Shown: one piece after another, positions 32,901 to 44,590 of the stretch
Layout of the letters: every line of letters starts with the position of its first letter
How positions within the stretch are numbered: the first letter of the stretch is position 1
Origin: an uncultured Actinomycetota bacterium
Lineage (GTDB): Bacteria > Actinomycetota > Actinomycetes > Frankiales > Frankiaceae
Reading direction: 5' to 3'
Assembly (NCBI GenBank): GCA_963747915.1
Contig: CAVVHC010000002.1
Span: forward strand, 882,846-946,845
Length of the DNA: 64,000 nt
Position numbers and translations under genes: made by a program
Notes under the pieces: generated by a model
Databases searched by the model: none
Told to the model about the DNA's origin: nothing
What the model saw: only the letters and a program-made list of their open reading frames with translations

Positions 32901-34184
32901 TCAGTTCGCTCGGGCGGCCTTCTCGGCGATGTCCGTGCGCACGTGTGTACCGCCGGCGATGCGGATATGTCCGACGGCCTCGTAAGCACACTCTCTCGCA
33001 GCGGTCAGGTCCGATCCGAGCCCGGTGACGGCGAGCACCCGCCCGCCGGCTGCGACGACGCGCCCATCGGCCTCCTGCCGGGTGCCGGCGTGAGAGACGC
33101 TCGCCCCCTCAACGGCCTCGGCCGCCTCGAGCCCCCGGATCTCCCCGCCGAGACGAGGCGCGTCGGGATAGCCCGGGGCGGCGACGACGACCGTGACGGC
33201 GGCGGTGTCCGACCAGGTCGGCGTGCCGCCGCTGAGCAGCTCGCTCAGCGGACTCGTCAGCCGGGCGAGGACCGCCTGCGTCTCCGGGTCGCCGAAGCGG
33301 ACGTTGAACTCGATGACCTTCGGGCCGGAGGCGGTGAGTGCCAGCCCGGCGTAGAGCAGGCCGTTGAAAGGGGTGCCGCGGCGCGCGAGCTCGGCGATCG
33401 TCGGCTCGGCGATCCGGCTGACGACCTCCTCGGCCAGATCGGCGGGCGCCCACGGCAGCGGGGAGTACGCGCCCATGCCCCCGGTGTTCGGCCCGGCATC
33501 GCCGTCCAGGGCGCGCTTGAAGTCCTGAGCGGGGGTCAGCGGCACCACCCGCTGCCGGCCGCCCTCGGTCGTCACCACGCAGAACAGCGACACTTCCGGA
33601 CCGGAGAGGTACTCCTCGATGACCACGCGGTCGTCCGGCCCGCGCAGCGCGGCTCGCACGGCGTCGGCGGCAGCGTCCCGGTCCGGGGTGACCGTGACCC
33701 CCTTGCCGGCCGCGAGCCCGTCGTACTTCACCACGTACGGCGGCCCGAACTCGTCGAGGTCGGCAAGCGCGGTGGGGACCTCGTGGTGGTCGCGGCCGCT
33801 GGCGGTGGGGACACCCGCCGCCGCCATGATCTCTTTGGCCCAGGCCTTGCTGCCTTCCAGCCGGGCCGCGGCCGCGGTGGGTCCGAATGCGGCCAGGCCG
33901 CGTTCCAGTAGCGCATCGACGGCGCCCGCGACCAGCGGCACCTCCGGTCCGATCACGGTGAGGTCGGCGCCGGAGCGTTCGGCGAGCTCGGCGATCGCCT
34001 GCGGATCGCCGACGTCGACGCCGGCCTGCGCGGCGATGCGGGCGGTGCCCGGATTACCGGGCGCGCACAGCAGCGCGTCGATATGCGGATCGCGGGCGAA
34101 CGCGGCGCAGATCGCCGATTCGCGACCGCCCGAGCCGATCACCAGAACCTTCACCGCAGCCACCCCGCAGCGACCGGAAGCCAT
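32901..34184 (-). CDS. purD: phosphoribosylamine-glycine ligase
   Basis: VKVLVIGSGGRESAI..., APGNPGTA and an ATP-grasp body. An alternative GTG start is at 34154. Confidence 0.93.
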   Translation of the reverse strand: MASGRCGVAAVKVLVIGSGGRESAICAAFARDPHIDALLCAPGNPGTARIAAQAGVDVGDPQAIAELAERSGADLTVIGPEVPLVAGAVDALLERGLAAFGPTAAAARLEGSKAWAKEIMAAAGVPTASGRDHHEVPTALADLDEFGPPYVVKYDGLAAGKGVTVTPDRDAAADAVRAALRGPDDRVVIEEYLSGPEVSLFCVVTTEGGRQRVVPLTPAQDFKRALDGDAGPNTGGMGAYSPLPWAPADLAEEVVSRIAEPTIAELARRGTPFNGLLYAGLALTASGPKVIEFNVRFGDPETQAVLARLTSPLSELLSGGTPTWSDTAAVTVVVAAPGYPDAPRLGGEIRGLEAAEAVEGASVSHAGTRQEADGRVVAAGGRVLAVTGLGSDLTAARECAYEAVGHIRIAGGTHVRTDIAEKAARAN

Positions 34185-34187
34185 GCG

Positions 34188-35492
<1,305 letters not shown>

Positions 35493-35611
35493 TCACGATT
35501 CTGTGCGCCCGCGCCACGGCTTCTCGGCCATCTGCTGGGACGACGGCTGCGCGCCAGCATGGCCGGGCGGGACTCGAGCAGCTTCCAGCCGCCGGCCGTA
35601 GGCTCGCGGGC

Positions 35612-36103
35612 GTGGCAGCGTTGCCCCGGCTTCCCGGCCTTTCCACCGCGGTGACGGCGGTGTCCGCGCAGGCGCGGGCGCTGGCAAACGTCCCGCGGAC
35701 CCTGGTCGATCTGAACCGATCGATGCTCGGCCTGATCGAAGCGCTGTCCACCGCCCGGGAGACGATGGCGACGCTCGCCGCGGTCACCGCGCGGATGGAG
35801 CGGGTCGCCGAGGAGCTCGAAGAGCCGATCGTGGCGCTGCGGCCGGGCCTCGAGCGGCTCGCGCGCGTGCTCGACGACGAGGCGGTGGACACGGTCCCCG
35901 AGACACTGCGGCGCATCAACGAGGACGTGCTCCCGCTGATCGCCGGGCTGCGCGAGACGCAGAGCAAGGTGAATTCGCTGGCCGCCGTGCTGCCGGGAGC
36001 GTCGCTGCTCTTCCAGCGGCGGCCGCGGCCGAGCGGTGAACGCCAGAACGGTGACATCGAGCCACCGGCAGCGCCCACGGTGATCGAGCCCGAGGACGAG
36101 TGA
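35612..36103 (+). CDS. hypothetical coiled-coil protein (start uncertain)
   Basis: The C-terminal ~160 aa of the 35462 ORF look coding (LVDLNRSMLGLIEALSTARETMATLAAVTARMERVAEELEEPIVALRPGLERLARVLDDE). The first 50 aa overlap the purA start and look non-coding. GTG at 35612 was chosen. Confidence 0.45.
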   Translation: MAALPRLPGLSTAVTAVSAQARALANVPRTLVDLNRSMLGLIEALSTARETMATLAAVTARMERVAEELEEPIVALRPGLERLARVLDDEAVDTVPETLRRINEDVLPLIAGLRETQSKVNSLAAVLPGASLLFQRRPRPSGERQNGDIEPPAAPTVIEPEDE

Positions 36104-36106
36104 TCG

Positions 36107-36742
36107 CTACGGCGTGACGGTGACGGAGACGCCGCCGACGAGCGTGCGCCGGTCAGGACACGCGTCCGGGTCGCTGCAGGTGGGCTCTTGCATGACTTCG
36201 AGGTACGCGTGACCTGCGCTGTCGGCGCGCAGCTGCGGCTGCTGACCCGGTAGGTCGAGCGATTCGAGCACCGGGGTGGGGATACCGGACTGCTCGATCA
36301 CGGCCGAGTACGTGCGCCCGCCGGGCAGCTCGAAGCGGATGTAGTCCCCGACATGCACCGTGACCTGCTGCGCCGCCGTCCGGCTGAGTGACGTGATCAC
36401 CGAGCTCGGAGCCTCCGGCAGCGGCGCCGGCTCGCTGGCCGGACCGGTGCGGTGGGCCAGGAAGATGGTGAGCAAGGCCGCCAGACCCAGGACGACGAGC
36501 GCCGCGGGTCCGCGCCAGGAGCCGCGTGCCGGTGAGGCGGCCGCGCGAGCTGCCGGCGCCGGCGCGACGGTGATGTCTCGGTCGGTGAGCCCGAACAGCC
36601 AGGGATCGTCGCGGTCGTCCTCCCGCTGCGGCCCGGTCGCCGCAGCGGGCGGCTGCGGGCTGCGGGCATTGCCGACCAGCCACCGCTCCCCGGGCGGCAG
36701 CGGGGTCAGCCGGTGGCCGTGCCATTGCTTCGCGTCAGCCAT
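36107..36742 (-). CDS. hypothetical membrane-anchored protein (Rv0361-like position)
   Basis: ATG at 36742 (MADAKQWHG...), one TM span (ALVVLGLAALLTIFLA) and an extracytoplasmic C-terminal domain. It overlaps the upstream gene by 8 nt. Confidence 0.55.
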   Translation of the reverse strand: MADAKQWHGHRLTPLPPGERWLVGNARSPQPPAAATGPQREDDRDDPWLFGLTDRDITVAPAPAARAAASPARGSWRGPAALVVLGLAALLTIFLAHRTGPASEPAPLPEAPSSVITSLSRTAAQQVTVHVGDYIRFELPGGRTYSAVIEQSGIPTPVLESLDLPGQQPQLRADSAGHAYLEVMQEPTCSDPDACPDRRTLVGGVSVTVTP

Positions 36743-37232
36743 GTCCCCAGCTGGTATCGGTGGTGACCGGCGCCACGGGATCGCAGTCGCGAAGCAGCGC
36801 GCGGCAGCGATCGGCTTCCGGGTGCTCGCCGATGGCGTCGGCGGCGCGGCCGAGTGCGGCGACCGACTGCAGGAATCCCCGGTTCGGCTCGTGTGACCAC
36901 GGCACGGGCCCGGCGCCCTTCCAGCCGGCCCGCCGTAACGCGTCCAATCCGCGGTGATAACCGACGCGGGCATAGGCGTAGGACTCCACCCAGCTCCCGG
37001 CCGCGGCGGCGCGGTTGGCCAACGCCGCCCAGGCGAAGCTCGAGGCGGGGAGATCCGCAGCCACTTCCGCGGGGTCGCGGCCGGCGGCGAGCTGTCCCAC
37101 AGCTTCCGCATCGGCCGGTAAGCGGGTGGGCGGAGGGCCGCCCAGCAGGTTTTCGCGCTGAGCGGCGAGAGCGGCGGGCTCGGGCGGGTGGGCAGCTGTC
37201 ACCCCACCATGGTGACCTGCGAGGCGCCTCAC
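36735..37232 (-). CDS. conserved actinobacterial protein, DUF3151-like
   Basis: 165-aa ORF with SYAYARVGYHRGLDALRRAGWKGAGPVPWSHEPNRGFL. Its position near fba matches the Rv0360c neighbourhood. The family name is from memory. Confidence 0.55.
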   Translation of the reverse strand: MRRLAGHHGGVTAAHPPEPAALAAQRENLLGGPPPTRLPADAEAVGQLAAGRDPAEVAADLPASSFAWAALANRAAAAGSWVESYAYARVGYHRGLDALRRAGWKGAGPVPWSHEPNRGFLQSVAALGRAADAIGEHPEADRCRALLRDCDPVAPVTTDTSWGHG

Positions 37233-37328
37233 CCGCCAGGCCTTGGCGACCCATTGGGTGAGGCTTACCTCACGGAAACGAAGGACCGATGACCCTGGCC
37301 AGAGCCGGCCAGGCGGATGACCCCGAGG

Positions 37329-37703
37329 TCAGCGCAGGCCGAGCGACGCCGCGCAACCCGGCCACGGCGCCCAGCCGCGCATCTGCCAGAGCTTCACGAC
37401 GGCTGCGTCCTGCACCACCGGAGCCGCCTGGCTCGGGACGCCCGGGTAGCCGAGCGCCTGCCACGTGCCTGCCGCGAACTGGTAGGCGCCGTAGTAACCG
37501 TTGCCCGTGTTGATCGCGTAGTTGCCGCCGGACTCGCACATGCGAAGGCGGTACAGGTCGGTTGACGACGGCTGGTTCGGCGGCGTGCAGGCGGCGAGGC
37601 TCGCCACGCCGGCGAGCGCGGCGGCGGCGGTGCCGGCGGCCACTGTGCGGCGGATGCGGCTCCGCGCGGGCCGGGTGGACAGACGCAGGCGTGCCTTCGG
37701 CAA
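37329..37703 (-). CDS. Rpf-like (transglycosylase-like domain) lipoprotein
   Basis: TTG at 37703 has GGAAAGG upstream. Signal peptide with lipobox (SLAAC), then MCESGGNYAINTGNGYYGAYQFAAGTW. The ORF-track 5' extension covers the riboswitch. Confidence 0.8.
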   Translation of the reverse strand: MPKARLRLSTRPARSRIRRTVAAGTAAAALAGVASLAACTPPNQPSSTDLYRLRMCESGGNYAINTGNGYYGAYQFAAGTWQALGYPGVPSQAAPVVQDAAVVKLWQMRGWAPWPGCAASLGLR

Positions 37704-37720
37704 CGCGAGACCTTTCCCCA

Positions 37721-37922
37721 CGCCTACGAGGTCAGCTGTCGGGTTCGGGCCGGGTAGTAGCCCGGCCGGCCTGCGCAATCGCTGGCCGGCTTCACCCCTA
37801 GACCGCCGCACCGGTCGCCAGGAGCTCAGGAGACTGGTGCGAAGGTCGGGAGACTTCGGGTCCCCCGCTCCTGCCCGGCGTTCGCGACGGGAACCGCGCA
37901 CCCGGGGCAGGATTCGGCGATC
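37721..37922 (-). promoter_or_regulatory. ydaO/yuaA-type cyclic-di-AMP riboswitch (leader of Rpf-like gene 1)
   Basis: The minus strand reads CGCCGAATC...GAGCGGGGGACCCG...GGGGTGAAGC...CCCGAACCCGACAGCTGACCTCGTAGGCG. All four conserved ydaO blocks are present in order. Confidence 0.85.
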
Positions 37923-38069
37923 GGGGGCGGTGGCTCGCGCCTAGCGAGTTGCCGACCACATTGCCCGCTTTGACACGCGGGCTGAACCATGTGTGGCAAG
38001 GATCACATCGCGGAAGCCTCAACTCGACTACCTGCTGTGATCGAGCGCTTGCGTGCAGAACGCACGAAA

Positions 38070-38098
38070 CTCCGCCGGCCCGTAGCGGGCCGGCGGAG
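38070..38098 (-). terminator. stem-loop terminator after Rpf-like gene 2
   Basis: CTCCGCCGGCCCG-cta-CGGGCCGGCGGAG, a perfect 13-bp stem followed by TTT on the minus strand, 57 nt after the stop. Confidence 0.55.
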
Positions 38099-38154
38099 CT
38101 GCGTATGTGCGACCCCAGCTCAACGGCGACAGTCGCCGAGCCGGGGCTCGCTGA

Positions 38155-38856
38155 CTACTTGATGGGCTTGAGCCCAGCGGCCTTCCACGTCTGCGGGCCG
38201 ACGACACCGTCGATCTGCTTGAGCTTCTTGGCCTTCTGGAAGGCGATGGTGGCCTTCTCGGTCTGGGGACCGTACTGGCCGTCGACCTTGACCTTGTAGT
38301 GCCGCTTGACCAGTGCCTTCTGGAAGGCCACCACGTCGAAGCGCACCTGGTTCACGTTCTCGGTGCTGAACGTGCCCGGGATCACCGGCACGACCGGCGC
38401 GGCCGGCACGGACTGGATGGCCGGGCGCTGGTAGTCACGGCTCGCCGCGTAGCTGTTGGTGTACGCCGGCTGCTGGTAGGTCTGCTGGTACTGGTAGGTC
38501 GGCTGGGTGTAGGTCTGCGCCGGAGCGCTGTACGAACCGCCGCCGGCACCGCAGACGGGCCAGGGGCTGTACCCGCTCTGGGCGGCCAACTGGGCTGCGG
38601 CCTGGTCCTGAACGGCCGGCGGCGCGTTGCTCGGCAGCCCGGAGTAGCCGAGGCCGTTCCACGTCTGCTGGGTGAACTGGTAGGCGCCGTAGAAGCCGTT
38701 ACCGGTGTTCGTGCTGTAGTTGCCACCAGATTCGCACTGCCGGATCTGTGCCAGGACATCGGCACTGGCGGGGCTGGCGGCCATGAAAATACCGACCCCG
38801 GCGCCCACTGACGTGAGTGCAAGCACGGAAGTACGGCGCAGGCTTGATCGAGCCAT
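38155..38856 (-). CDS. secreted Rpf-like transglycosylase with C-terminal peptidoglycan-binding domain
   Basis: ATG at 38856 has GGAGGA upstream. Signal peptide, QCESGGNYSTNTGNGFYGAYQFTQQTW, a Q/Y-rich linker (QTYTQPTYQYQQTYQQPAYTNSY) and a PG_binding_1-like end (VDGQYGPQTEKATIAFQKAKKLKQIDGVVGPQTW). Confidence 0.85.
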   Translation of the reverse strand: MARSSLRRTSVLALTSVGAGVGIFMAASPASADVLAQIRQCESGGNYSTNTGNGFYGAYQFTQQTWNGLGYSGLPSNAPPAVQDQAAAQLAAQSGYSPWPVCGAGGGSYSAPAQTYTQPTYQYQQTYQQPAYTNSYAASRDYQRPAIQSVPAAPVVPVIPGTFSTENVNQVRFDVVAFQKALVKRHYKVKVDGQYGPQTEKATIAFQKAKKLKQIDGVVGPQTWKAAGLKPIK

Positions 38857-38868
38857 GAAGTCCTCCGA

Positions 38869-39040
38869 CGCCTGCGAGGTGAGCTGTCGGGTTCGGGCGG
38901 GAGATTCGCCCGGCCGGATATCGGCTTCACCCCTAGGACACATCACGCTCCGTGCGCGCGTGCCCGCCTACCTGGGTCCCCCGCTCCTGCCGCTGCGGTT
39001 TAACCGGTCGCCTCGCCCGGTGGCAGGATTTGGCGTAGCC
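38869..39040 (-). promoter_or_regulatory. ydaO/yuaA-type cyclic-di-AMP riboswitch (leader of Rpf-like gene 2)
   Basis: The minus strand reads CGCCAAATC...GAGCGGGGGACCCA...GGGGTGAAGC...CCCGAACCCGACAGCTCACCTCGCAGGCG, ending just before the SD. Confidence 0.85.
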
Positions 39041-39201
39041 GGGGAGCGAGCACCCCGTCTGTTGGGGTGCGCGGTCACCCTACCCGCAACATGTGGCTCG
39101 CTTGCAAGTGGCTGGCCAGCCGAGTCGCGCCGGTATGACGCACCTCACTGCGTTGACGCAACGCCGGACGGGCGAATGCGTTCCGTGACGAACGGTGAAA
39201 T

Positions 39202-40224
<1,023 letters not shown>

Positions 40225-40402
40225 GGCGAGTCCTCTCGGTCCCCAGGTTTGCGAAGATGGGATCTTCTGCCGCGAAGTCTGCCAGACAGGGCAAGGGCCT
40301 CCGCGGGCTGTTGGTCCTTCGTTCACGCGGCGGTAGGTCCCCATCGGCTCGGTGCGGCCGGCGCCAAGAACGTTCAGTCCATCGGGGAGACCGGACAGCC
40401 GT

Positions 40403-41827
40403 TCAGTCCAGCCCGCCACCGCGCAGTACGTCCTTGCGTACGGCGTCGTGCGCCTTGCGAGCTGCTATGACAACGGGATCCCACACGGGTGAGAACGGCG
40501 GGGCGTAAGAAAGGTCGGCAGAGAAGAAGTCCTCGGCGGTCATGCCGTTCCAGATCGCGGTGGCGAGCACGTCGATGCGCTTGGCCGATCCCGTTCGTCC
40601 GACGATCTGGGCCCCGAGCAACCGGCCGGTGCCGCGCTCGGCGATGATCTTCACGCGGATGAACTCGCTGCCGGGGAAGTAGCTGGCTTTCGTCGTCGAG
40701 TCGACGGCCGCGCAGACGACGTCGAAGCCGGCGTCTGCCGCCTCGCGTTCCGACAGGCCGGTGCGACCGACCTCGGTGGAGCAGACCTTGGTGACCGCGG
40801 TGCCGAGCACACCGTGAAACGCGGCGTACGCCCCGCCGATGTTGTCGCCCGCCACGCGTCCCTGCTTGTTCGCGTGGGTGCCGAGAGCGATGTTCACCGG
40901 GCGGCCGGTGAGCACATGCCGGGACTCGACGCAGTCACCGACCGCCCACACGTGCTCGGTCCGGGTGTGCATCCGCCGGTCGACCGCGATGGCGCCGGTG
41001 GGGCCCAGGGGAATCCCGGCCGCTTGTGCCAGCGTGACGTTGGGACGCACCCCGAGCCCGAGCACCACCAGGTCAGCGGGGAGCCGGGCACCCGATTGGG
41101 TGCGGACCGCACACACCCGACCGGCGTTCAGCTCGAACTCGGCGACCCCGTCCCCGAGCCGGAGCTCGATGCCGCCTTCGCGCACCCCGACCGCCACGTA
41201 TTCGCCCATGTCCGGATCGAGCGTGACCATGGGGGTGGCCGCCTGATCGACGATCGTCACCGCGAGCCCGCGCGCGGCGAGTCCCTCGGCCGTCTCGAGG
41301 CCGACGTACCCGGCGCCGATGACGACCGCCCGCGCCGCCGCTCCGGATGCGAGCTGCGCGCGCACCTGCTCACCGTCGTGGAGCGTGTGCACGCCGAGCA
41401 CGCCCGCACCGTCGATGCCCGGGATCGGCGGCCGCACCGGAACGGCGCCGGTGGCGATGAGCAGCTCGTCATAGCGCTCGGTCGAGCGGGCACCGCTTTG
41501 CAGGTCTTTCACCTGCAGAACGCGTGCCGCCGGATCGATCGCCTCGACCAGGGTGCGGGTGCGGACGGCGATGTGCTGGCGGCCGCGAAACTCCTGGGGC
41601 GCCCGAGCGATGAGCGCCTGGCGCTCGGTGACGGTGCCGCCGATCCAGTACGGGATGCCGCAGGCGGAGAACGAGGTGTCCGGACCCCGTTCGAACGCAA
41701 CGATCTCCAGCTGGCTCGGTGACTGCAGCCGACGGGCTTGGGAAGCCGCGGACATCCCACCGGCGTCACCACCGATGACGAGCAGCCGGCGGGGCGCTTC
41801 GCGGTCGGAATCGGTGCTGCCGCTCAC
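40403..41827 (-). CDS. FAD-dependent pyridine nucleotide-disulfide oxidoreductase (CoA-disulfide reductase / NADH oxidase family)
   Basis: LLVIGGDAGGMSAASQARR, a single redox Cys context (SFSACGIPYW), VVIGAGYVGLE and VWAVGDC. GTG at 41827. The rest of the 759-aa ORF is antisense to dedA. Confidence 0.85.
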   Translation of the reverse strand: MSGSTDSDREAPRRLLVIGGDAGGMSAASQARRLQSPSQLEIVAFERGPDTSFSACGIPYWIGGTVTERQALIARAPQEFRGRQHIAVRTRTLVEAIDPAARVLQVKDLQSGARSTERYDELLIATGAVPVRPPIPGIDGAGVLGVHTLHDGEQVRAQLASGAAARAVVIGAGYVGLETAEGLAARGLAVTIVDQAATPMVTLDPDMGEYVAVGVREGGIELRLGDGVAEFELNAGRVCAVRTQSGARLPADLVVLGLGVRPNVTLAQAAGIPLGPTGAIAVDRRMHTRTEHVWAVGDCVESRHVLTGRPVNIALGTHANKQGRVAGDNIGGAYAAFHGVLGTAVTKVCSTEVGRTGLSEREAADAGFDVVCAAVDSTTKASYFPGSEFIRVKIIAERGTGRLLGAQIVGRTGSAKRIDVLATAIWNGMTAEDFFSADLSYAPPFSPVWDPVVIAARKAHDAVRKDVLRGGGLD

Positions 41828-41956
41828 CGCCTGCTCTCCGCCCTCATCTGCGCAACCTAACCCGCGCCCAGCTGCCGTAATCTCCTCGCGGCACGCGGCA
41901 CGCGGCACCGCGTGCGCGCACCGGCTTCTGACAGCAACTGGCCCTACCCTGGCAGG

Positions 41957-42670
41957 GTGCACTACGCCGTTAACCTGCTCGACGCCAACAGTCTGATCAG
42001 CTCGTGGGGGCTGGCCGGGCTGATCGCGATCATCTTCGCCGAGACCGGCCTGCTCATCGGCTTCTTCCTGCCGGGCGACACGCTGCTCTTCCTGGCGGGC
42101 GCCGTCACTGTCTCGGGGTCGGACCCGCACCTCCCGCTTGCCGGCGTCATGATCGGCACGGCGATCGCTTCGATCGTGGGTGCGCAGGCGGGGTGGTTGA
42201 TCGGCGCGAAGGCCGGTCCGGTGATCTTCGACCGGCCACGGTCTCGGCTGTTCGATCCGCACAACGTCCAACGCGCGCACCGGCTGCTCGAGCGGTTCCA
42301 CTACAGCTTCGCCATCGTGCTGTCGCGGTTCATCCCGGTGGTGCGCACGTTCATCAACCCGGTATGCGGGGTCGCGCAGATCTCCGGCCGCGCGTTCGCC
42401 ATCTGGAATGTGATCGGCGGGATCTTGTGGACCCAGCTGGTCGTGCTGCTCGGCCGGGCACTTGGTCCCAAGGTCCACATCGACAAGTACATCCTGCCGA
42501 TCGTGGCGGGCATCGCCGTCATCTCGATCGTCGGACTGCTGATCGAGGCTCGCCGTGGTGGCCAGCGCCGCAAGCGTGCCGACGCGCAGGCGACCGCTGC
42601 GCGCGACGATGACGCCGCGACCCGCACGGCGCCGGAGGCGTCGATGACCGCGGAGAAGGCCGCCGACTAG
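41957..42670 (+). CDS. dedA: DedA-family membrane protein
   Basis: GLIAIIFAETGLLIGFFLPGDTLLFLAG is the DedA signature. Alternative start at 41912. Confidence 0.85.
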   Translation: MHYAVNLLDANSLISSWGLAGLIAIIFAETGLLIGFFLPGDTLLFLAGAVTVSGSDPHLPLAGVMIGTAIASIVGAQAGWLIGAKAGPVIFDRPRSRLFDPHNVQRAHRLLERFHYSFAIVLSRFIPVVRTFINPVCGVAQISGRAFAIWNVIGGILWTQLVVLLGRALGPKVHIDKYILPIVAGIAVISIVGLLIEARRGGQRRKRADAQATAARDDDAATRTAPEASMTAEKAAD

Positions 42671-42778
42671 CAGCGCCCGCACACGAGAAGTGCACTCGCC
42701 CGGACGGGGAGCCGGGGTGAGTGCACCGGGAGCGGGTGAGCCGCAGCTACGAGCCGGGGTGGCGGCCGGCGGGCGAGG

Positions 42779-42988
42779 TCAACGCCGGCGCTGCGGCGTG
42801 TCATCCCCGTCGGCGTAGGGGTCGTGCTCGTACGGGTCGACGTAATCGTCGTCCTCGTTGTCGGGAGCAGTCGCGGAACCGCCGCCGCGAAGCTCGCCCT
42901 CCAGCCGGCGGGGATCCCAGTCGGGGCTCGAGTACTTGAGCTCTCTCGCGACTTTGGTCTGCTTGGCCTTGGCACGGCCGCGCCCCAT
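42779..42988 (-). CDS. DUF3073-family small protein
   Basis: MGRGRAKAKQTKVARELKYSSPDWD... followed by an acidic tail, a conserved actinobacterial small protein. Confidence 0.78.
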   Translation of the reverse strand: MGRGRAKAKQTKVARELKYSSPDWDPRRLEGELRGGGSATAPDNEDDDYVDPYEHDPYADGDDTPQRRR

Positions 42989-43158
42989 GGCTCGACCCCC
43001 TCGAAAGCTTCATACGGGGACCTGCCCCGGCGCTGATGTCGTGGCACTCAGCGTACAGGCTGGATGTCGGCCGGGCACGATCCTTTAGTCAGCGTTTGGT
43101 CGCCACTTTGCCGGAGTCTCACGCGGGTAGCGAAACTGCACTCTGGCAGGATCGACGA

Positions 43159-43986
43159 ATGCCCGCCCTCCCTGGTGCGCCTGCTGCCCACCTGCGGGTC
43201 TACGAGCCGCTGGCGGCATTTTCCGAGGAAGAGCAGCAGCGTTACACGGCGTTGCGGCGCAGCGGCACGGCGCCGAGTCGCACCTCGAGCGATCGGGAGG
43301 AACGCGTCGCCGCCGTGCGCGCTGCCGTGCGCGGCACGCTCGAGCTGCCTGAGGGGGCCGTGCTCATGGAGTCGGTCGATGGCCTGCTCTACGCCTGCCC
43401 GCTGCGCACCCGGCTGCGCGCGCTGATTGCCGCCGGGGAATTCCGCTCCGGCATGGCGGGCGCTGTCGCCGACGCCTTCCTGCGGCCCCGCATGGCGGAT
43501 CAGGCCGAGAACGAGCTGGAGCGGCTGCGCCGCCGCTCGCCGGGACTCAAGGTGCCCGTCGTGTCCTGCACGTATCTGGTGCCACTGCCCTGGTTCGTGC
43601 CGTTCGACCCGGGCGAGCGGATTCTGGTCACCGGTGCAGGCGAGCGTTCCCTGCGTTACGTCGCACCGATGAGCGCCGCGCGAAGGCGGACGGCGCGGGC
43701 GCTCGCGACCCTGCGTCGCTCGTTGCCCGAGGCCCCCACCGTCGCCGGGCTGGAGCAGCTCGGCCGCTGGCTCGAGGACTTCCACCCGCATTCGCGGGTG
43801 GAGCTGGACTACGCGGGGCTCGTGGAGTTGCTCACCGATGACGAGCTGCGCGCGGACGCCTCCGTCGCCGATATCGCCGAGTCCATCGCCGCGCTGGCTG
43901 ACGGTCGCGGTGCCGACGCCGTCAGCGCCTACGAGCGCGTGATTGCGCGCTGGCGACCGCTCCAGCAAATGGAAACCGCTAGCTAA
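43159..43986 (+). CDS. conserved hypothetical protein
   Basis: 275 aa from ATG at 43159 (MPALPGAPAAHLRVYEPLAAF...). The frame looks coding throughout. No family recognised. Confidence 0.55.
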   Translation: MPALPGAPAAHLRVYEPLAAFSEEEQQRYTALRRSGTAPSRTSSDREERVAAVRAAVRGTLELPEGAVLMESVDGLLYACPLRTRLRALIAAGEFRSGMAGAVADAFLRPRMADQAENELERLRRRSPGLKVPVVSCTYLVPLPWFVPFDPGERILVTGAGERSLRYVAPMSAARRRTARALATLRRSLPEAPTVAGLEQLGRWLEDFHPHSRVELDYAGLVELLTDDELRADASVADIAESIAALADGRGADAVSAYERVIARWRPLQQMETAS

Positions 43987-44244
43987 CGCCCACAAACACC
44001 ACGGGAATGGCGTATCGGTCCGCTATTGCGACTTGGGCGACCTTTCAGCCCGCGCGCAGCCGCCGAACGGCCGACACGGGGGATCTTCAACTCTTACCGC
44101 AACGGGTCGAAAAGACACTCAGCATACACAACCGGGGACTAGTCCTCGAATGACTCGCTTGGGCCATTTCGGACATGCCGGTCAGATGGTGAGACTATTA
44201 ACGTGCCGACAGTCTCTCTCGTCGGCGAGCCGAAGGGACACGTC

Positions 44245-44451
44245 ATGAACGCCCACACGCCCGAAAGCGAGCCGCTGCTCACCCCAGCCGAAGTGGCCAC
44301 GATGTTCAGGGTCGACCCGAAGACGGTCACGCGCTGGGCGAAGAGCGGCAAGCTGACGTCAATCCGGACGCTGGGGGGACACCGCCGCTACCGGGAGGCC
44401 GAGGTCCGTCGGCTCCTGTCCGGCATCCCCTCCCAGCGCGCCGAGGACTAG
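44245..44451 (+). CDS. bldC: MerR/excisionase-like developmental regulator BldC
   Basis: EPLLTPAEVATMFRVDPKTVTRWAKSGKLTSIRTLGGHRRYREAEVRRLLSGIP is near-identical to the Streptomyces BldC core. It sits behind a long lower-GC leader. Confidence 0.9.
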   Translation: MNAHTPESEPLLTPAEVATMFRVDPKTVTRWAKSGKLTSIRTLGGHRRYREAEVRRLLSGIPSQRAED

Positions 44452-44487
44452 CAGCGGACTGCCAGAGCACCCAGCGCCAGCACAACG

Positions 44488-44518
44488 CACGCCCACCCGT
44501 TGATCCTGGGTGGGCGTG
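44488..44518 (+). terminator. stem-loop after bldC
   Basis: CACGCCCACCC-gttgatcct-GGGTGGGCGTG, an 11-bp stem 37 nt after the stop. No T-tract. Confidence 0.45.
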
Positions 44519-44590
44519 TGCAAAAGCCACGAAATGGTTTTGAAAATCGGCAGCAAAACGGCGACGGATGTAGCAGATTTCGGCTAAGAC

